Assembly (NCBI GenBank): GCA_964517135.1 | Contig: CAZFBA010000002.1 | Location: 89,267 to 153,266 of the forward strand | Length of the DNA: 64,000 nucleotides | Direction of reading: 5' to 3' | Origin: an uncultured Gammaproteobacteria bacterium | GTDB taxonomy: Bacteria; Cyanobacteriota; Vampirovibrionia; JBFMGH01 | Part shown: piece after piece, positions 59,495 through 64,000 of the stretch | Numbering within the stretch: position 1 is the stretch's first letter | Layout: each line of letters opens with the position of its first letter | Translations under genes and position numbers: made by a program | The notes under the pieces: model-generated | What the model saw: only the letters and a program-made list of their open reading frames with translations | Databases searched by the model: none | What the model was told of the DNA's origin: nothing

Positions 59495-61213
59495 GTGAGT
59501 ACTAGCATAGATTATTTTGATTATATACGGATTGGCATTGCATCCCCAGAAAGAATACTTAAGTGGTCTTTCGGTGAAGTGACAAAACCTGAAACCATAA
59601 ACTATCGTACTTTAAAGCCTGAAAGAGATGGTCTGTTCTGTGAAAGAATTTTTGGACCTTCTAAAGACTGGGAATGTTACTGTGGAAAATATAAACGTGT
59701 CAGGCATAAAGGCATTATATGCGAACGTTGTGGTGTTGAAGTTACTGATTCTAAAGTAAGACGCCACCGGATGGGGCATATAAAGCTTGCAGCACCTGTA
59801 ACTCACATATGGTACCTTAAAGGTATACCAAGTTATCTAGGTCTGTTGCTTGATATGTCCTTAAGAGATCTTGAACAGGTTATCTATTTCAATGCTTACA
59901 TTGTTGTTGATGTTGGAAATACTTCTCTACAAAAGAAACAACTTCTTTCAGAAGAAGAATATGATAATGTTTATGAAGAAAACGAAGAAGCTGAATTTGA
60001 AGTAGGAATAGGCGCTGAGGCTATTAAAACGCTGTTATCTGAAATAGATTTGTCTCAATTAGCTGAAGAAATTAGAGATGAGCTTGATTCTACAGGTGGC
60101 TCAGTTCAAAAAAGAGCCAAGTTAATCAAACGTTTAAGGCTTTTAGAGGCTCTTGTTAATAGCAATACAGATCCTACCTGGATGGTGCTTGACGTATTAC
60201 CTGTTACCCCCCCAGATTTAAGGCCGATGGTTCAGCTGGATGGTGGACGATTTGCGACCAGCGATCTGAATGATCTTTATAGAAGGGTTATTAACAGAAA
60301 TAACCGTCTGCAAAGGTTGTTAGAGATGGGGGCTCCTGAAATTATTGTTAGAAACGAAAAGCGTATGCTTCAGGAAGCTGTAGATGCACTTATTGATAAT
60401 GGTCGTCGTGGCAGAACTGTTGTAGGGCCTAATAATAGACCTCTAAAATCGTTGAGTAACATTATAGAAGGTAAACAAGGCCGGTTTAGACAGAATCTGT
60501 TAGGTAAAAGGGTTGACTATTCAGGTAGAAGTGTTATTGTTGTTGGCCCCAAACTTAAATTACATCAGTGTGGTTTGCCTAAAGAGATGGCTATTGAATT
60601 GTTTAAACCATTTGTTGTAAATAAGCTTATTGAAAGAGGTATCGTTCAAAATATTAAGTCAGCCAAGAAAAAGATAGAGCGGGCTGAAACAGTTGTATGG
60701 GATATTTTAGAAGAGGTCATTGAAGGCCATCCGGTATTGCTTAACCGTGCACCTACTCTTCATAGGCTGGGTATTCAATCATTTGAACCTGTTCTTGTTG
60801 AAGGTAGAGCGATACAGTTGCATCCTCTTGTTTGTACTGCTTTTAATGCTGACTTTGACGGTGACCAAATGGCAGTACATGTTCCGCTATCTATTGAGGC
60901 TCAAACAGAAGCAAGAATGTTGATGATGTCTACAAATAATATACTCGTTCCTGCAACGGGAGCACCTATTATTACACCAACGCAGGATATGGTTCTGGGT
61001 ATTTACTATCTGACAATTGATAATCCAGTTTATGCTGATGATAATCCCAAGTATTTCTTCAGTTTTGAAGATGCTCTTGCAGCTCATGAAGCCGGGGTAA
61101 TTTCTATTCATAGCAAAATAATTGTCCGTACAGAAACGGGTGAAAGAGTCGAGACAACTCCAGGCAGGATTATTTTTAATCAAACTGTTAAAAATGCAGT
61201 TTTAAGTTCTTAA
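59495..61213 (+). CDS. rpoC1: DNA-directed RNA polymerase subunit gamma (N-terminal part of beta-prime, cyanobacterial-type split)
   Basis: The Zn finger [23 protein letters not shown] and the catalytic [12 protein letters not shown]. It ends at 572 aa, just after the active-site region. GTG start. Confidence 0.95.
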   Translation: MSTSIDYFDYIRIGIASPERILKWSFGEVTKPETINYRTLKPERDGLFCERIFGPSKDWECYCGKYKRVRHKGIICERCGVEVTDSKVRRHRMGHIKLAAPVTHIWYLKGIPSYLGLLLDMSLRDLEQVIYFNAYIVVDVGNTSLQKKQLLSEEEYDNVYEENEEAEFEVGIGAEAIKTLLSEIDLSQLAEEIRDELDSTGGSVQKRAKLIKRLRLLEALVNSNTDPTWMVLDVLPVTPPDLRPMVQLDGGRFATSDLNDLYRRVINRNNRLQRLLEMGAPEIIVRNEKRMLQEAVDALIDNGRRGRTVVGPNNRPLKSLSNIIEGKQGRFRQNLLGKRVDYSGRSVIVVGPKLKLHQCGLPKEMAIELFKPFVVNKLIERGIVQNIKSAKKKIERAETVVWDILEEVIEGHPVLLNRAPTLHRLGIQSFEPVLVEGRAIQLHPLVCTAFNADFDGDQMAVHVPLSIEAQTEARMLMMSTNNILVPATGAPIITPTQDMVLGIYYLTIDNPVYADDNPKYFFSFEDALAAHEAGVISIHSKIIVRTETGERVETTPGRIIFNQTVKNAVLSS

Positions 61214-61259
61214 AACCTTTTTAGTTGTCAGATAATACAGATAAAAGAGGACTGTTTCA

Positions 61260-64000
61260 ATGAGCATGATTCCAAAAACACAAAAAAAATCTTTAGAATT
61301 TATAAATACTACAGTTAATAAAAAGGCCTTAAATCGCCTGTTGTCTGAAATATATTCAGAATTTGGGGCTGCTAAGACAGCATTTTTAGCCAATGCATTA
61401 AAAGATCTTGGTTTTAAATATGCTACAAAAGCAGGTGTAACCATTTCTATTGAAGATCTTAAGGTACCTGAAATCAAAAAAGAACTTTTATCAGCAGCTG
61501 AAGAAGAAATTGAAAAAGCTATGCACCGTTATTATAAAGGTGAAATAACTGAAGTAGAAAGATATACCAAGGTTATTGATACCTGGAGTGACACAACAGC
61601 CAGCTTAACAAGTGCAGTAGTAGAAAATTTTGACCGCTTAAACCCGATATATATGATGGCTTTTTCTGGTGCAAGGGGTAATATCAGTCAGGTTTCACAG
61701 CTGGTAGGTATGCGTGGCTTGATGGCTGATGCACAGGGACAGATTATTGACCTTCCTATTAAATCAAACTTTAGAGAAGGCTTGAGTGTTACAGAATACA
61801 TTATTTCCAGTTATGGAGCCCGTAAAGGCCTTGTTGATACAGCCCTTAAAACTGCAGACTCTGGTTATCTTACCAGAAGGCTTGTTGATGTTGCCCAGGA
61901 TGTTATTATTCAGAGCGAAGACTGCCAGACAGACAAATATATTGAGTTAACACCTATTTATGAGGGTGATAAAGAAATCGTTCATATTAATGAACGCCTG
62001 GTAGGCAGAACCTCATTTGAAGATATATATACAGATGATGGTGAGCTTATTATCGCTAAAAACGAGCTTTTTGACAGAAGTAATGTCAAAAAAATTGAAG
62101 CATATAACATAAAATCAGTAAAAGTACGTTCACCTCTGACTTGTGCTCTTGATTATGGTATTTGTCAGATGTGTTATGGCTGGGCTCTAACAAATAATAA
62201 ACTTGTTGATGTTGGTGAATCAATAGGTATTATTGCAGCTCAAAGTATTGGAGAACCTGGAACCCAGCTTACAATGAGAACATTCCATACTGGTGGTGTG
62301 TTTAGAGGCTCTTCTGCTAACCAGCAGATTAAAACGAATTTTAATGGAGAAGTTGTTGAAGTTGTTAAAACACGTGAATTTAGAACACGGCACGGTGATA
62401 TAGTTAATACGGCTGTTCGAGAAGGCAACCTTGTTGTAAAAACTAAAGATGATGAAAAGGTTTATCACGTACCTTACAATGCTGTAATCTTTGTTAAAGA
62501 AGGTGATCAGGTCGAAGAGGGTGCTGTTATCGCTGAATTTGACCCTACAGCTGCAAGAGGTGATGCCGGTCGTCTTACGGAGAAAGCCCAGAAAGATATT
62601 CAAGCAGATATTAGTGGGCAGATACTGTTTGAAGGGTTTGTAGCTGATGAAAAACGTGACAGGCAGGGTAACATTAGCAGGACAGCTACGAGAGGTGGTA
62701 TTATCTGGATATTGGCAGGAGATGTCTATAATTTACCGGCTGGTGCAACCCTTCGTGTCGAAAATGGAGATGAAGTCACTAATGGTGATATTCTGGCTGA
62801 AACGGTTACAGTTAGTGAACATGGCGGAGAAGTACGTGTTAACCCTGATATGGAAACCGAACTGATAGAAGAAGACGGCGAAGATATTAATGTTATTAAT
62901 GTTGGTAAAGAATTGACCGTTGTTATTGCTTCTATTAAGCCAGAAAATGCTCTTCTCGAAACAACTAAAAAAGAGCAAATGTGGATCTGTGAAGAAGAAG
63001 AAGAAACATACATTATTAAATCACCTGCTGGCACTGTTGTTGAAAATGGCATGATTATTGCTGAGCTTATAGATGATAAGTATTCTGTTCAATCCAGTGG
63101 TGAAATACGTTATGAAGATATAGAAGTTGATGAACGAAGAATAGTAACACATCCTGGCAAAGTACTATTTATACCTGAAGAAGTTCATCAGATAAGTAAA
63201 GACGTTGCTTTACAGCTTGTTGATTCTGGAACATTCGTTGAAGCCGGTACTGAAGTTGTTAAAGATCTGAAAACCCATATTGATGGTATTGTTGATATTG
63301 TTGTTGATAATGACATCATTCATGAAGTTATTGTGCGTCCTGGTGAGTTATATCGTGTTGATGATATAGCCAAGATTGAAGTGGAAGATGGTGAGATTGT
63401 TGAAGCAGGCACTAATGTAGCACCGGGAATTGTAGCACAGGATAAAAGGCTTATAAGCATTACCATTAAACACGATGTTGAAGACGATGAACTGGTTCTG
63501 GAAGACGATGATGACGATGAAAATGTTGATGTATCTGGAAAATACGCTGAAGTTCTTTTAAGACCGGTTCAGGAATATTTTATTGAACCTCAAAATGTTG
63601 CGATAAAGTTCAATTCTACAGAACCTGAAGATAATATGATCTCTATAGTTCCAGTTACTCAACTTCAATATAGAGATGGAGATAGAGTAAGACAGTTGAC
63701 GGGTGCAACACTGACAAGAGCTTCTCTTGTATTGCAGATGCATGGCTATTTATCACACTTAAAAGGTATGGTAGAACTTGATCCCAAGGAAGCTTCAGAA
63801 GAAGAGCAAAACCTTAAGATAGTAGTATTAGAAAATCTTATCGTTAGAAGAGAGGTTGTTGACCCGACCAGAGTTACAACAGCAACCAGAACACAATTGC
63901 TTGTCAAAGATGGAGACTTTATTGAGCCTAAAACTGCGGTTGCAAAAACACAGGTTCTGGCTGAACATACTGGTAAAATTTCATTTAACCTTTCTGAAGA
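61260..64000 (+). CDS. rpoC2: DNA-directed RNA polymerase subunit beta-prime (C-terminal part; cyanobacterial-type split), 3' partial at the window edge
   Basis: ATG with an aagagg RBS, 47 nt after the rpoC1 stop. MSMIPKTQKK...GARGNISQVSQLVGMRGLMAD (trigger-loop region). The frame is open to position 64000. It was not in the ORF track because no stop occurs inside the window. Confidence 0.93.
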   Translation, partial: MSMIPKTQKKSLEFINTTVNKKALNRLLSEIYSEFGAAKTAFLANALKDLGFKYATKAGVTISIEDLKVPEIKKELLSAAEEEIEKAMHRYYKGEITEVERYTKVIDTWSDTTASLTSAVVENFDRLNPIYMMAFSGARGNISQVSQLVGMRGLMADAQGQIIDLPIKSNFREGLSVTEYIISSYGARKGLVDTALKTADSGYLTRRLVDVAQDVIIQSEDCQTDKYIELTPIYEGDKEIVHINERLVGRTSFEDIYTDDGELIIAKNELFDRSNVKKIEAYNIKSVKVRSPLTCALDYGICQMCYGWALTNNKLVDVGESIGIIAAQSIGEPGTQLTMRTFHTGGVFRGSSANQQIKTNFNGEVVEVVKTREFRTRHGDIVNTAVREGNLVVKTKDDEKVYHVPYNAVIFVKEGDQVEEGAVIAEFDPTAARGDAGRLTEKAQKDIQADISGQILFEGFVADEKRDRQGNISRTATRGGIIWILAGDVYNLPAGATLRVENGDEVTNGDILAETVTVSEHGGEVRVNPDMETELIEEDGEDINVINVGKELTVVIASIKPENALLETTKKEQMWICEEEEETYIIKSPAGTVVENGMIIAELIDDKYSVQSSGEIRYEDIEVDERRIVTHPGKVLFIPEEVHQISKDVALQLVDSGTFVEAGTEVVKDLKTHIDGIVDIVVDNDIIHEVIVRPGELYRVDDIAKIEVEDGEIVEAGTNVAPGIVAQDKRLISITIKHDVEDDELVLEDDDDDENVDVSGKYAEVLLRPVQEYFIEPQNVAIKFNSTEPEDNMISIVPVTQLQYRDGDRVRQLTGATLTRASLVLQMHGYLSHLKGMVELDPKEASEEEQNLKIVVLENLIVRREVVDPTRVTTATRTQLLVKDGDFIEPKTAVAKTQVLAEHTGKISFNLSE

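Noticed and set aside
60206-60212. C7 homopolymer in rpoC1
   Set aside because: It encodes the conserved Pro-Pro of the PVTPPDLRP motif. It is a functional constraint rather than a phase-variation tract.
57333-63052. Multiple 60-130-aa ORFs on both strands within rpoB / rpoC1 / rpoC2
   Set aside because: Embedded in or antisense to the RNA-polymerase genes, which have unambiguous conservation.
1-64000. CRISPR arrays, IS elements / transposases, integrases, rRNA genes
   Set aside because: No direct-repeat / spacer periodicity, no DDE or tyrosine-recombinase-like ORFs, and no rRNA-like conserved stretches were seen. The only repetitive DNA is intragenic low-complexity repeats and the dispersed 16-mer palindrome.

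Overview
Low-GC (~35%) bacterial chromosomal window, gene-dense on both strands, dominated by core housekeeping genes. rpoC is split into rpoC1 (59495..61213) and rpoC2 (61260..>64000) immediately after rpoB, which is a hallmark of the cyanobacterial lineage. Together with the non-photosynthetic gene content (flagellar FliO-like protein, molybdenum hydroxylase, SpmA/SpmB, GGDEF) this suggests a Melainabacteria/Vampirovibrionia-like organism (inference).

Main features:
- A replication-origin-type neighbourhood on the minus strand, rpmH-rnpA-yidD-yidC-mnmE, divergent from dnaA. No dnaN follows; an MscS channel, Fur and a ~1 kb AT-rich non-coding stretch upstream of dnaX come instead.
- A conserved ribosomal/transcription cluster rpmG-tRNATrp-secE-nusG-rplK-rplA ... 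rplJ-rplL-rpoB-rpoC1-rpoC2. It is interrupted between rplA and rplJ by a 6 kb antisense sugar cassette: a sucrose-transporter-like MFS symporter with a ~260-aa coiled-coil loop insert, a GH100-like six-hairpin glycosidase, and a secreted GH13 TreS/amylosucrase-like enzyme.
- A purine-catabolism-like cluster: three-subunit xanthine-dehydrogenase-family molybdoenzyme, MoaD/ThiS-like protein, and an adenosine-deaminase-family protein.
- A GT2 polyprenyl-phosphate glycosyltransferase, UDP-galactopyranose-mutase-like flavoprotein and GT-C membrane glycosyltransferase trio.
- neuA-like and neuB-like nonulosonic acid genes translationally overlapping the end of dnaX.
- bL21 (rplU) with a 120-aa Thr/Glu/Lys-rich repetitive C-terminal tail.
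- A FliO-domain protein fused to a signal peptide, AMIN-like domain and Pro/Lys-rich linker.
- A Gln-rich, HEAT-like 518-aa protein beside two tRNA-Arg genes.
- An HgdC-like activase ATPase with a DUF2229-like partner.

Most striking sequence-level signal: a 14-16 bp perfect or near-perfect palindrome (TAAYACATATGTRTTA) sits directly after the stop codons at all four convergent gene junctions that have intergenic space (3323, 18517, 25625, 48480). Its core resembles the BlaI/MecI operator as recalled from memory, and an orphan BlaI-family repressor is encoded in the window.

No CRISPR arrays, rRNA genes, transposases or integrases were found. The ORF track calls starts at the first ATG/GTG/TTG, so several listed starts were moved to better-supported downstream starts.
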